Of a DNA stretch of 64,000 nucleotides, positions 26,654 through 35,923 are shown piece by piece. The stretch is taken from IMG/VR virus record IMGVR_UViG_3300014059_000004; one strand, written 5' to 3'. The DNA is from a virus. The stretch's first letter is position 1; the number at the start of each line of letters is the position of its first letter. The translations under genes were made by a program, and so were the position numbers. A model generated the notes under the pieces. The model was not told where the DNA came from and searched no databases. It saw only the letters and a program-made list of their open reading frames with translations.

Positions 26654-27196
26654 TTGGAGATTGGCGTTGACAGAGGTGTTACGTTCATCTCTCTTGCTGC
26701 TCACCTCTCGAGAGCAAAGAAAGAGTACAACCTGATCGGTGTTGACGTTCTAGTTCAAGAGTCAACTGCATTGACCGTCTCGTTCTTGGACAGGAATCCA
26801 GACGAGCAACGCATCTACTTGCTTCAAGGCAACAGTCTCGTTGTTCTACCGTCCCTAGTAAGCCAGGGATTCAAGTTTGACGTTGTGTTGATCGACGGCG
26901 ACCACAACTACTACACTGTCTCGAAAGAACTTGAATCTTTGAACGATCTAACGTACGATCATTCAGTCGTCTTGATAGACGATTATAACGGTAGGTGGTC
27001 AGAGAGAGATCTCTGGTACGCAGAACGTGAAGATTACTCGAAAGTTGATGTCACAACAAAACCAGTTGAAACTGAGAAGCACGGCGTGAAGCCCGCTGTT
27101 GATGAGTTTCTTCAGAAAAATCCGCAATGGCGCATGTCCAAGCCGTTGAACGGTGAACCAGTGGTTCTAAGCAAGGTTATCTTAGCAGACAGTTGA
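26654..27196 (+). CDS. class I SAM-dependent methyltransferase (Methyltransf_24/TylF-like), apparently N-terminally truncated with a TTG start
   Basis: LEIGVDRGVTFISLA is the start of the Rossmann fold. VVLIDGDHNYYTV is the characteristic DxDH motif. No ATG in frame upstream. Confidence 0.5.
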   Translation: MEIGVDRGVTFISLAAHLSRAKKEYNLIGVDVLVQESTALTVSFLDRNPDEQRIYLLQGNSLVVLPSLVSQGFKFDVVLIDGDHNYYTVSKELESLNDLTYDHSVVLIDDYNGRWSERDLWYAEREDYSKVDVTTKPVETEKHGVKPAVDEFLQKNPQWRMSKPLNGEPVVLSKVILADS

Positions 27197-27208
27197 TAGT
27201 TATGTAGG

Positions 27209-28987
27209 ATGAGAGTCCTACGTTCTAACCTGTCTGGAGATGACGTAAAGTCCTGGCAGACGTTCTTGAGAGGATTGAATCCATCGTCCTCTCTCATCGT
27301 CACAGGTACGTTTGATCCTCCTACGTACTCAGCGACAGTAGCGTTCCAGAGAGCGACCGGGCTTCAGGCTGATGGTGTCGTTGGGACTAGAACGCTCGGC
27401 AAGGCAATGAGCCTAGGGTTCAACTGCCTAGAAGACGTATCAACTGATAAGTCAAGTTCGTGCTGGCCGCCGCAGCCGCTAGAACCTTCTCTTTCACCAA
27501 GCGAAAGAGAGAAGATGTTTGGCAGCTTTGCGTACGTTCCTGTGCCAGTTGCTGGAAATCCTGAAGCTATCAAGATAACTGACGGATGGTCGATGAAGAA
27601 CATCGTTGGCGTGCAAACTCCAACGTTGAACCATCTCAACGTCAATGCTGTCCAGTTCAACAAGCTAGCAGCTGATCAATTTCTGAACCTGCTCCAGGCT
27701 TGGGATGATGCTGGAATGTCAAGGCTGATACTCTCGTGGGGCGGCACTTGGTCGCCACGATTCATTCGTGGCAGCAGAACCGTTCTTTCAAACCACGCAT
27801 GGGGAACAGCATTTGACATCAACGTTCAATGTAACATGCTTGGGGCTGAACCAGCGCTCGTTGGGTCAGTTGGTTCTGTCCGTGAACTAGTTGATATCGC
27901 ATCTGCTAATGGTTTTTACTGGGGTGGTTGGTTCGGCTACAAGAAAGGTGGCCGAGCGGACGGGATGCACTTCGAAATTTGCAAATTGCTGTTAACGTTG
28001 GAGACACAGATGGCTGGTAGAATTAAATCGAAAAACAAAGAATGGTATCATGAATCGAATTACTCTAGAGAACCTAGCAGCGCTCGAGTGGGCATGATGA
28101 CCAACGGAGAAGAGGCTGACGGGGATGAAGAGTTGCAGGAGACTATCACGTTGTCAGTGAACGAACTTCGACAGATCATTAAGGAAGAAGTTTCAAGCAG
28201 CTTTGTGTCTGGCTTGAAAGCTGCAACAGTTGATCAGATATCTTCAAAGTGGCCAAAGTTCGTGGAGTACTTGAAGGGAAAGTTTGGCGAGATGCTTGGC
28301 AAGGCAAAGTTCGCAGTGAAGGGCTCTGGTATGCTCAGCAAAGGCACCCCGTTTGTGTTGCTCCCAGATTCTAGCAGGACTGTCATATTTTGGGATAACG
28401 TCGGACCGAAATACAATACATCTGATACCGTTGCTCAAGCTATCGGTAAATTGAGTGCATTATCAGATGAAGCAGTCCTAGCCTCTTGCGAGGTGTTATA
28501 TTTCTACACGACGTTGAGGCTTATTTTAAGAATGACTGCGAACAGAGTCATTGATGAACATAGTGAACTAAGTGGTGTTGGGTCATTGACCCATGACCAG
28601 CTTGATGCTTATGTTAACACTAGCCCGTACGTCATTGTATCAGGCGCAGTTGGGTCTGTTCCACCCGGCGCTAGGAAGCTTGTTGCTGGTCCGGGTGTCA
28701 CGATAACAGATGGTGGTGCCGGTGGTGACCTGATAGTGTCTGTCACTTCTGTGACGACCGGTTCAACCGTGCAGTGGATGGAGAGACCGTCGGGACTGGC
28801 TGATGGCTCGAACATGACATTTAACCTAACACGTGCACCAGTACCCGGGACTGCTTTGATGTTCTACGTTAACGGATTGTTGCAAGAGCAAGGCTCAGAT
28901 TCAGACTACACGCTCTCTGGTTCCGTGATATCGATGTTGTATCCGTACAGATCCGGCAGTAACATCAGAGCTACTTATCCTTACTGA
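27209..28987 (+). CDS. peptidoglycan hydrolase: PG_binding_1 domain + M15 zinc peptidase, fused to a C-terminal tail-fibre-like domain
   Basis: N-terminal DVKSWQTFL...TVAFQRATGLQADGVVGTRTLGKA (PG-binding). M15 signature SNHAWGTAFD plus DGMHFE. C-terminal GVTITDGGAGGDLIVSV is shared with the ORF at 31502. Confidence 0.7.
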   Translation: MRVLRSNLSGDDVKSWQTFLRGLNPSSSLIVTGTFDPPTYSATVAFQRATGLQADGVVGTRTLGKAMSLGFNCLEDVSTDKSSSCWPPQPLEPSLSPSEREKMFGSFAYVPVPVAGNPEAIKITDGWSMKNIVGVQTPTLNHLNVNAVQFNKLAADQFLNLLQAWDDAGMSRLILSWGGTWSPRFIRGSRTVLSNHAWGTAFDINVQCNMLGAEPALVGSVGSVRELVDIASANGFYWGGWFGYKKGGRADGMHFEICKLLLTLETQMAGRIKSKNKEWYHESNYSREPSSARVGMMTNGEEADGDEELQETITLSVNELRQIIKEEVSSSFVSGLKAATVDQISSKWPKFVEYLKGKFGEMLGKAKFAVKGSGMLSKGTPFVLLPDSSRTVIFWDNVGPKYNTSDTVAQAIGKLSALSDEAVLASCEVLYFYTTLRLILRMTANRVIDEHSELSGVGSLTHDQLDAYVNTSPYVIVSGAVGSVPPGARKLVAGPGVTITDGGAGGDLIVSVTSVTTGSTVQWMERPSGLADGSNMTFNLTRAPVPGTALMFYVNGLLQEQGSDSDYTLSGSVISMLYPYRSGSNIRATYPY

Positions 28988-28989
28988 TT

Positions 28990-30624
28990 GTGCAGTTAAC
29001 GATGTCTAGAACCTTCATAGATCAACCTACTCAAGTCTTCAAGTCGGATCTTTACGACGATTCGTTGACTACGGGTATCGGTCTGCAATCAGGTTCTACG
29101 ACGTTGCAGACTGATTTGAATGCAATTAGAACTCAGATCAGAAGATTGATCTGGGGTGATGTATCAGGTAGCTGGTACGATACACTACCACAAGCGTCTG
29201 GTTCATACGGAGTGTTCTCTGCCCGGGGCGTAGGAAGCCTTGGTAATGATCTAAACAACGTAGAGCAGCATCGTTTCTTGTACAGACGACAAGTTTTGTC
29301 ACTGTTGAACGTTGCTACGGGATCAAATGTTGTGCAGCTCTCCACGTCGCTTGGAACAGCACCAGCTAACTACGCCGTTGTCGACAACGATCTTATTGCT
29401 ACTGGAACGATAGTTGCAACTGTTCCGACGTACGGTACATGGAGTTCGAACCAAGTGTCAGGTTCAACGGTGATCACACCAAAGAATCTGGTTGTCATCC
29501 GCGATGCATGGACCCATTCAACGTTGACTAACAGCTTGGGTCAGGAGATCTACGGTCTGCTGCAAGTCGAGACTGGATCTACGTCTGGCGTGGCTTTTAA
29601 CGATGTCAACAGAAGAACGCAGATATCGTTTGTCTACGAGACGATGACGCTAGGAACGTCTTCACTAACGTCCGTTGCAGCTTCTGATATTGGCGGCCGG
29701 GCAGTGCAATACACGTACGTCACAAGGATGGGTTTGAAAGATCTTCCTGAGGACGCTTATCTTTCAAACGAAATATTCATTGACACGCCGATGCCACAAG
29801 TTGGTGGTTCAACTGTCTCATTGAGCGACATAACGCTTCAAAGAGCTATCACAAATCAAGGATCGTCAGTTGTTACTGATAGCAGCGGGACTAGCATACA
29901 GCTAGCAGCTGGAGCATCTTGGATCTTTTTGAGCGGAACAACAAAGCTTTGGGAGCTAGCTTCCACGCCGTCAGGCCAGAACACTCTGGCTATGAACTTG
30001 TATTCATACGGCTTGTCATCATCTCTACCAGCAACATTCCAGAAAGGAATATCAGTTGCTACTGGTTCAACGCAGATCAACGTTGGTGTCACTGCAGGTT
30101 GGATCGAGTCACTGGGCTCTTTGACGTTGCGATCATTTCTTGGTTCTGCTCTAGTTCTGTCTGGCGGGAGTCAGATTCAATTTGGTGATAGTTTTGGTGG
30201 ATCATCCACTTACGCGACAGGGTTGATACCGTTTGCTACATCAACGCTTGAATGGAGCAACTTCAAGAGTAACTTTGGTCAGATCTCTTTGCTGGGCGCG
30301 CTGAACACTTTGTCTGCTGGTGTTGTGGCGTCTGGTGCTCTGCGTAGATACCGTGCTCAGTCTGGTGTGATCGCTGATGTTGCTGCAAACACTAACATAA
30401 CGTTTCCAACGAATCTTGAAAATTCATTGCTAGACTATTCTGCAAGGACTTTTACATCAGACGTAAACGTGTACTTGAATGGAATTCTTCTCATGCCAGG
30501 AGCAAGTGCCTCTGATTACGTTGACGTATATCCGGGAACAACTAGAACGTCTGGTGACTTGAAGTTCTCAATGAATATTCGCAGTGGTTCAGTCATAACG
30601 ATGGAGATCTTTGGCAATTCCTGA
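28990..30624 (+). CDS. putative tail-fibre/baseplate structural protein
   Basis: Large Ser/Thr/Gly-rich ORF in the structural block. The start may be the ATG at 29002. Confidence 0.4.
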   Translation: MQLTMSRTFIDQPTQVFKSDLYDDSLTTGIGLQSGSTTLQTDLNAIRTQIRRLIWGDVSGSWYDTLPQASGSYGVFSARGVGSLGNDLNNVEQHRFLYRRQVLSLLNVATGSNVVQLSTSLGTAPANYAVVDNDLIATGTIVATVPTYGTWSSNQVSGSTVITPKNLVVIRDAWTHSTLTNSLGQEIYGLLQVETGSTSGVAFNDVNRRTQISFVYETMTLGTSSLTSVAASDIGGRAVQYTYVTRMGLKDLPEDAYLSNEIFIDTPMPQVGGSTVSLSDITLQRAITNQGSSVVTDSSGTSIQLAAGASWIFLSGTTKLWELASTPSGQNTLAMNLYSYGLSSSLPATFQKGISVATGSTQINVGVTAGWIESLGSLTLRSFLGSALVLSGGSQIQFGDSFGGSSTYATGLIPFATSTLEWSNFKSNFGQISLLGALNTLSAGVVASGALRRYRAQSGVIADVAANTNITFPTNLENSLLDYSARTFTSDVNVYLNGILLMPGASASDYVDVYPGTTRTSGDLKFSMNIRSGSVITMEIFGNS

Positions 30625-30638
30625 ATTACATTGATGCA

Positions 30639-31001
30639 ATGAGCGATTATCTAAAGGGAATTCATGCTGCAGGAACGTACGTTGAGAAGTCAAAGCTAGC
30701 GTACGAAGAAGAAGCTAAGAACATGGCTTCGATGAAGGCTGCATTTATGATGGCCCTAGAACGACTGTCGGTTCTAAAAGAGCAGTACGTCGTTGCTATG
30801 ACGAACGGATCGATGAAAGTAAAAGAAGCAGATGCTAGCGTAAAAGCCGTTGCGGCTTGCATTGCACTAATCGATCAACTTCATGTAGAGGCTGAGAGCA
30901 GAAGAGTTCTTTCGATAGGTGCCACAGAAGCATTGAACAAGGTCGTGAAAGAAGTACACGCCTTGTGGCAAGAGAGTTCAAAGCTAGAATCTTCAAGCTG
31001 A
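30639..31001 (+). CDS. hypothetical coiled-coil protein
   Basis: ORF with no recognisable motif. Confidence 0.35.
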   Translation: MSDYLKGIHAAGTYVEKSKLAYEEEAKNMASMKAAFMMALERLSVLKEQYVVAMTNGSMKVKEADASVKAVAACIALIDQLHVEAESRRVLSIGATEALNKVVKEVHALWQESSKLESSS

Positions 31002-31019
31002 TAGTTATCTTCTAAGACG

Positions 31020-31520
31020 ATGACCATCTTTGGAGGAGGACGCACACCCGATGATTTTCCGGGTGAAAGAGTAGAAGAAGCAATCAAGCTTCTTCCGATA
31101 TCTGCGTCATTGCCAACAGTTAATGGTGAAATATTCTACGTTTCTGGTTCTGTGTCCGGAAGCGGATTCTTCTTCCGCGAAGAAGGCGTTGTTAAGAGGC
31201 TTGGTATCGACGAGCCGACTCATGAATTTCTTAACTCACTCGCTCATGATTCAGTAACCGGATCTTACGACGTAGCTACTTACAACACGGTCGGTCTTAC
31301 AAGCATGACTGTGTGGACTGATTCGGGACAGACAACGAAGCTTCAAGACTACATAATTACCTACAATGCGCAGCGATTGATCACTGCTCTTACGTCATCA
31401 ACTTACTACTCTAACGGATCGATCAAGTCTCAATTGCTAGAAGTACCAAGCTACGATTCCAGAAGAAGGATCACTGCTATCACTAGGACAAGGGTTGTCT
31501 TATGTCTGGCATGCACGTAA
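31020..31520 (+). CDS. hypothetical structural protein
   Basis: ORF with no recognisable motif. Confidence 0.35.
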   Translation: MTIFGGGRTPDDFPGERVEEAIKLLPISASLPTVNGEIFYVSGSVSGSGFFFREEGVVKRLGIDEPTHEFLNSLAHDSVTGSYDVATYNTVGLTSMTVWTDSGQTTKLQDYIITYNAQRLITALTSSTYYSNGSIKSQLLEVPSYDSRRRITAITRTRVVLCLACT

Positions 31521-32188
31521 TCCAGCTAGTCATTGATGATAGTTCGAACAAGACTATCACTGGCATTTGGGAGTTCGATCGCACGCTCGGTGGTACTCTC
31601 ATCATCCCGTCAGGTTCCTCGTTTCCTTCATCACCTCAACCAGGTGAGATTTTTTGGAACACGGCTAATGACGTACTGTACAGACGTAACAACGCAAATT
31701 CGTACTGGACGCCTGTTTCATCATCAGTGCAAGGGTCAGATCCGTCAGCATCTTATGTTTTGATAACGCTAACTGGTTCGCTTCCAAATTCTAGGAAGCT
31801 GACTGGATCTGTGGGAATCACTGTCACTGATGGCGGTGCTGGCGGAAATCTTGTCATCAGCCAGAATGAAACGTACAATTCTGCGTCCCATGCTGCGATC
31901 AGGCAACTTATCCATCTTGCTGAAGGCGGTCCATTTGAGGGCTTCAGTGGAGCAATTTGCGACACGGGTCCAATTCCATTTCCAACTGCTTCAATTTGGT
32001 ATACAGATGGAACTAAGACGAAAAAAGTCGTTGAAGAGCTTGGAACGTACAATGCAAACATGGTGTTCTCTCAGGTGCAGTGGAAAGTATACGCCCCTGA
32101 CGGCACTACAGTTTTGGCAACCGCGACAGACACCATTACTTATACGAGCAACGTTTTTGAATCTAGCAGAACAAGAGTGATATCATGA
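31502..32188 (+). CDS. putative fibre-associated structural protein sharing the TDGGAGG motif with the hydrolase gene
   Basis: SRKLTGSVGITVTDGGAGGNLVIS versus ARKLVAGPGVTITDGGAGGDLIVS in the 27209 protein. Confidence 0.45.
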   Translation: MSGMHVIQLVIDDSSNKTITGIWEFDRTLGGTLIIPSGSSFPSSPQPGEIFWNTANDVLYRRNNANSYWTPVSSSVQGSDPSASYVLITLTGSLPNSRKLTGSVGITVTDGGAGGNLVISQNETYNSASHAAIRQLIHLAEGGPFEGFSGAICDTGPIPFPTASIWYTDGTKTKKVVEELGTYNANMVFSQVQWKVYAPDGTTVLATATDTITYTSNVFESSRTRVIS

Positions 32189-33003
32189 GCCTAAACAGTC
32201 CAGTTTCTATCCTATACGATGTAAATGGCAATCCAATCGGAACGTCAACTAACCCACTGTCTGTTCAGGTCTCTGGATCTGTAACGATTGGTGGAACAGT
32301 TCAATCTGGTTCTACTGCTATTGGGTACCCAAGTCTTGTCGGCGGCGCCGATTCGAATGGAATCCTCAGAGGATTTCTAACTGACACATCAGGCAAGTTG
32401 TTTGTATCTGGCTCAGTAGCTGTTGCTAACACAGTAACTGTTTCTGGTTCTGTAGCGATCACAAATACAGTGACTGCTGCTGTCACAGGCCAAGTTCAAT
32501 CTGGTTCAACAGCTTCAGGCAACCCTGTTCTTGTGGGTGGTGTAGATGCTAGCAACGTCGTTAGAGCAAAATTGATGGATACGTCTGGTCGAACGATCGT
32601 CGTTGGAACGACGTTGTCTGGCTCGACAGCAGCAAATGCAGCGCCAGTCATCATCGCCGGAACTGATTCAACTGGGTTTGTTCGAACGCTGCGCACGTCT
32701 ACGGCAGGTGTTGTTCAAACTACTGCAGCAACGTCTTCCACGACGTCAGTGTCGTCAGTTGCGGCCTCCGCATCTAACGTTACTGTTCTAGCTGCTAATG
32801 CATCTAGAATTGGTGCAACAGTCTTTAATGATTCTACGGTTACATTGTACTTGAAGCTTGGTGCAACAGCGTCAACGACTAGCTACACTGTGCAGCTATC
32901 TGCAAGATCTTACTATGAAGTTCCATTCGGTTACGTTGGAATCATCGATGGTATCTGGGACTCTGCGACCGGAAATGCAAGAGTCACTGAACTGACGTTA
33001 TAA
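32185..33003 (+). CDS. tail-fibre protein with about 40-aa tandem repeats
   Basis: Three copies of VQSGSTA.G.P.LVGG.D..N..R..L.DTSG(K/R). ATGA overlap with the upstream gene. Confidence 0.5.
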   Translation: MSLNSPVSILYDVNGNPIGTSTNPLSVQVSGSVTIGGTVQSGSTAIGYPSLVGGADSNGILRGFLTDTSGKLFVSGSVAVANTVTVSGSVAITNTVTAAVTGQVQSGSTASGNPVLVGGVDASNVVRAKLMDTSGRTIVVGTTLSGSTAANAAPVIIAGTDSTGFVRTLRTSTAGVVQTTAATSSTTSVSSVAASASNVTVLAANASRIGATVFNDSTVTLYLKLGATASTTSYTVQLSARSYYEVPFGYVGIIDGIWDSATGNARVTELTL

Positions 33004-33024
33004 CCTCAGGTTGAGCGTGAATTA

Positions 33025-34881
33025 ATGCCACTAACGATTAACACAGATATAGCGACAGTTGCGACTGGTTCAACAGCACCAGGTTCAGCCACTCTGATAG
33101 GTGGTTTTAACGGTGTGTTGTTGCAACCGGTTTCAGTCAAGGCGGCATCAACTGCAGCAGTTGCAACAGACCCTGCTCTAGTTGTTGCTGTGTCACCGAA
33201 CAACTCGCTGATCATGTCTGGAACGGTTCAGCAGCTTGGTGGCGATCTATTTACAGCAGGCGCACTCGGCGCACTCTCGGCATCTGTCACTGTTCCAATG
33301 GCTGGATTCCAATCCGTTGGATTCCACATGGATAACGGAACGTTTCGAGGTACTATTGCGCCAGAAATTTCTATAGACAATGGTGTTAATTGGGTTTCTA
33401 CATTTTGGGAGACCCCAAACACTAGAGCAAAAACTTCAACGCTCGCAATTGCAGCAAATTACGCGCCAGTCGAGAGAAACATCATCGTCTCAGGTGGAGT
33501 TTCTCATGCCCGAGTTAGAGTGACTGCATACACTTCAGGTACAGCAAATGCTCTTATAAGAGCAACTCAGCTTGGAAGAGACGCAATATCAAGCGAAAGC
33601 GCCACTGGTTCAGCGATTCCAACGACTGCATTGATGGTCGGCGGAACCGACGCTACGAACTTGAGAGCACTTCTAGTTGATACGTCCGGACGACAAGTGG
33701 TAGTTGGCGCGGGTGCATCAACAGGCGCTCTAACTGGCAACCCGGTTGCTGTCGCTGGTTCTATTGTTGATGGCGCTTCGTATTCAACGCATAGAGGTTC
33801 TCTTGTTGGAACGAAGGGATCTGATGGTGCTTATCACCATCTCATAAGTGATCCTCTCGGCAACTTGAAAGTGCTGCCATCTCCGACAGCATACTCAATT
33901 CACTCTAACTCAACTGTCACAAGCAGCAGCAATTCTGGTGCTATTTCAGCAATGGCGCTTCGTTGTGCATCACTGTACGTTGCTGTTACTGGAGGTGTGA
34001 CAAATGGCGGTGGAACGTTCACGTACACAATTGAAGAGCTCGCGCCCAATGTTTCATCCATCATCAGATCACAATCTTACTCATTTAATGCTGCTGGTGC
34101 TTATGCTGTTCATCTCGGCGGCATCAACAGTTATTACATCAGAGTTTCTTGGACGCTAACTGGCACTACACCATCGTACGCTGGTGTCTATTCTTCTATC
34201 TACGTCACCGATTCTGGTGGTAACATGAACGAAGGAACGCCAGGCGGAACTGCTCCCCCGCAGACAGCTGCAGTTGGTGGTAAAGATACGTCTGGAAACT
34301 TGCAGACACTGGCTGTTTCAACCGCAGGGCAATTGAGAACGACTGATGGTGGAACACCAACGTATGCAGCGTCATCGTACTTTGACTTGACGGGTGTAAC
34401 AAGCGGTGGAGCTTCTGCATTTACTGTGTGGCATGCGTCTGCAAATGCTACGCCTATCTTCATAAGACGAATTAAGCTAACAATCGCTGGAGCTAACATA
34501 GCTGCTGGTAAAGCACTGCTGTGGACGCTTGGTTTTATATCCGCTGAAAATGGAACACCAGGTGGTACACTGTTGGTCGGTCAGCCGTATGATCGTGCTG
34601 ATTCGGCTAGCACTTTGACCGGCGCTAACGGAGCAATCAGGCTTCAACCAGCAAATCCAACAACTGTTGGTGATCTTTTTTGGCAAGCGATGTCTGGCGG
34701 TTCTGATACTACGCTCATCTTTGATTGTCAAGCATACGGCAAACCAATAGAACTCAGAGCGTCCACCGCTGAAGGTATCGAGTGCAGGTACGGATTCACT
34801 GGGACCGTTACCGCTGGTCCTTTTGTTGGCGTGACGATTGAATACACTGAAGGTACTTCTGTAACGTTAGGTTACACCTAA
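33025..34881 (+). CDS. tail-fibre protein carrying the same repeat family
   Basis: Repeats LMVGGTDATNLRALLVDTSGRQVVVG and AAVGGKDTSGNLQTLAVSTAGQLRTT. 618 aa, Gly/Thr/Ser-rich. Confidence 0.5.
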   Translation: MPLTINTDIATVATGSTAPGSATLIGGFNGVLLQPVSVKAASTAAVATDPALVVAVSPNNSLIMSGTVQQLGGDLFTAGALGALSASVTVPMAGFQSVGFHMDNGTFRGTIAPEISIDNGVNWVSTFWETPNTRAKTSTLAIAANYAPVERNIIVSGGVSHARVRVTAYTSGTANALIRATQLGRDAISSESATGSAIPTTALMVGGTDATNLRALLVDTSGRQVVVGAGASTGALTGNPVAVAGSIVDGASYSTHRGSLVGTKGSDGAYHHLISDPLGNLKVLPSPTAYSIHSNSTVTSSSNSGAISAMALRCASLYVAVTGGVTNGGGTFTYTIEELAPNVSSIIRSQSYSFNAAGAYAVHLGGINSYYIRVSWTLTGTTPSYAGVYSSIYVTDSGGNMNEGTPGGTAPPQTAAVGGKDTSGNLQTLAVSTAGQLRTTDGGTPTYAASSYFDLTGVTSGGASAFTVWHASANATPIFIRRIKLTIAGANIAAGKALLWTLGFISAENGTPGGTLLVGQPYDRADSASTLTGANGAIRLQPANPTTVGDLFWQAMSGGSDTTLIFDCQAYGKPIELRASTAEGIECRYGFTGTVTAGPFVGVTIEYTEGTSVTLGYT

Positions 34882-34904
34882 ACCAGCTGTTGTAAGTTTA
34901 GCAG

Positions 34905-35360
34905 ATGGCACCTCGAAAAAACAAGAAAGTAGCGCAAGAAATTCCGAGCGTTGTGAAGATCGATCCACCTCTTGGTAGATTCATCAAATCAGAAGATCTT
35001 CATGAAGTTGATTCTACGAACGTAATGTTGTCAGTCGATATGAAACGAATCAAAAACAACGATCTTGGAAACGTTATCTTGCAAGACGGACAAAAGATCT
35101 TCCCATACCAGATCATGACAAGGCTGATGGTTGGTTGGGAAACTGTTGAGATGATTTCATCGGTTTCTTTCAACGTTTCAGCAAAGACAGGAAACATGCC
35201 AGAGTTGGTCGTTCGCTTCCTCGAAGACGCAACGCCACAAGATCTTGAAGTCATCATGAAAGATGAAGTTACTGTTGCAAATCTGAAGAAGAACGTTGAT
35301 ATGCTTAAAGCGTATCCATTCATCACCGTTGAATCACCTCTGAAGAACTTATGGCTCTAG
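34905..35360 (+). CDS. hypothetical protein
   Basis: ORF with no recognisable motif. Confidence 0.4.
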   Translation: MAPRKNKKVAQEIPSVVKIDPPLGRFIKSEDLHEVDSTNVMLSVDMKRIKNNDLGNVILQDGQKIFPYQIMTRLMVGWETVEMISSVSFNVSAKTGNMPELVVRFLEDATPQDLEVIMKDEVTVANLKKNVDMLKAYPFITVESPLKNLWL

Positions 35361-35923
35361 ACCAGCTTAGAAACTGCAATTTCGGTCGCTCTAGGATGAA
35401 CGCTACGGGTTCGTCAGGCGTGGGCTACACGTTGCTTGACGTTTCTGGTTCGACAGTTGTTGCTAGGACGACGACTGGCGTGTACCAAACGGCACCTGGG
35501 ATCTATGCTGCGTACGTGTCTTTTCCAAACAACTTCAGAGGACAGATCCTGTGGGATACTGGGTCAGCGTTTGTCACTGCATCATACGCAACTGAGCAAT
35601 ACAACGTAGAAGAAAATAATCCAAGGATCGACGACATCGACAGAAGAACACTTCAGATGTCAGGAACGCTGGGACAACTGTACGACATCCAGTACGGACG
35701 TTGGAGGATCGTGTCCAACCAAATGATATTCTACAAGGAAGATAATGCTACTGAAGTTGCTAGGTTCAACTTGTTCGATGACGTTGGTGCTCCGTCGATG
35801 GATGCAGTGTTCGATCGACAGAAAGTCTTATGGGTCTTAACAGGATCATCACCCGTGGCATGGGTACTTCTCGCGGAGCGGCATCCCGCGCAGGAATGGT
35901 CACGAGTGGATTTGGTGGTCTAG
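35351..35923 (+). CDS. hypothetical structural protein
   Basis: ORF with no recognisable motif. Confidence 0.4.
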   Translation: MALDQLRNCNFGRSRMNATGSSGVGYTLLDVSGSTVVARTTTGVYQTAPGIYAAYVSFPNNFRGQILWDTGSAFVTASYATEQYNVEENNPRIDDIDRRTLQMSGTLGQLYDIQYGRWRIVSNQMIFYKEDNATEVARFNLFDDVGAPSMDAVFDRQKVLWVLTGSSPVAWVLLAERHPAQEWSRVDLVV

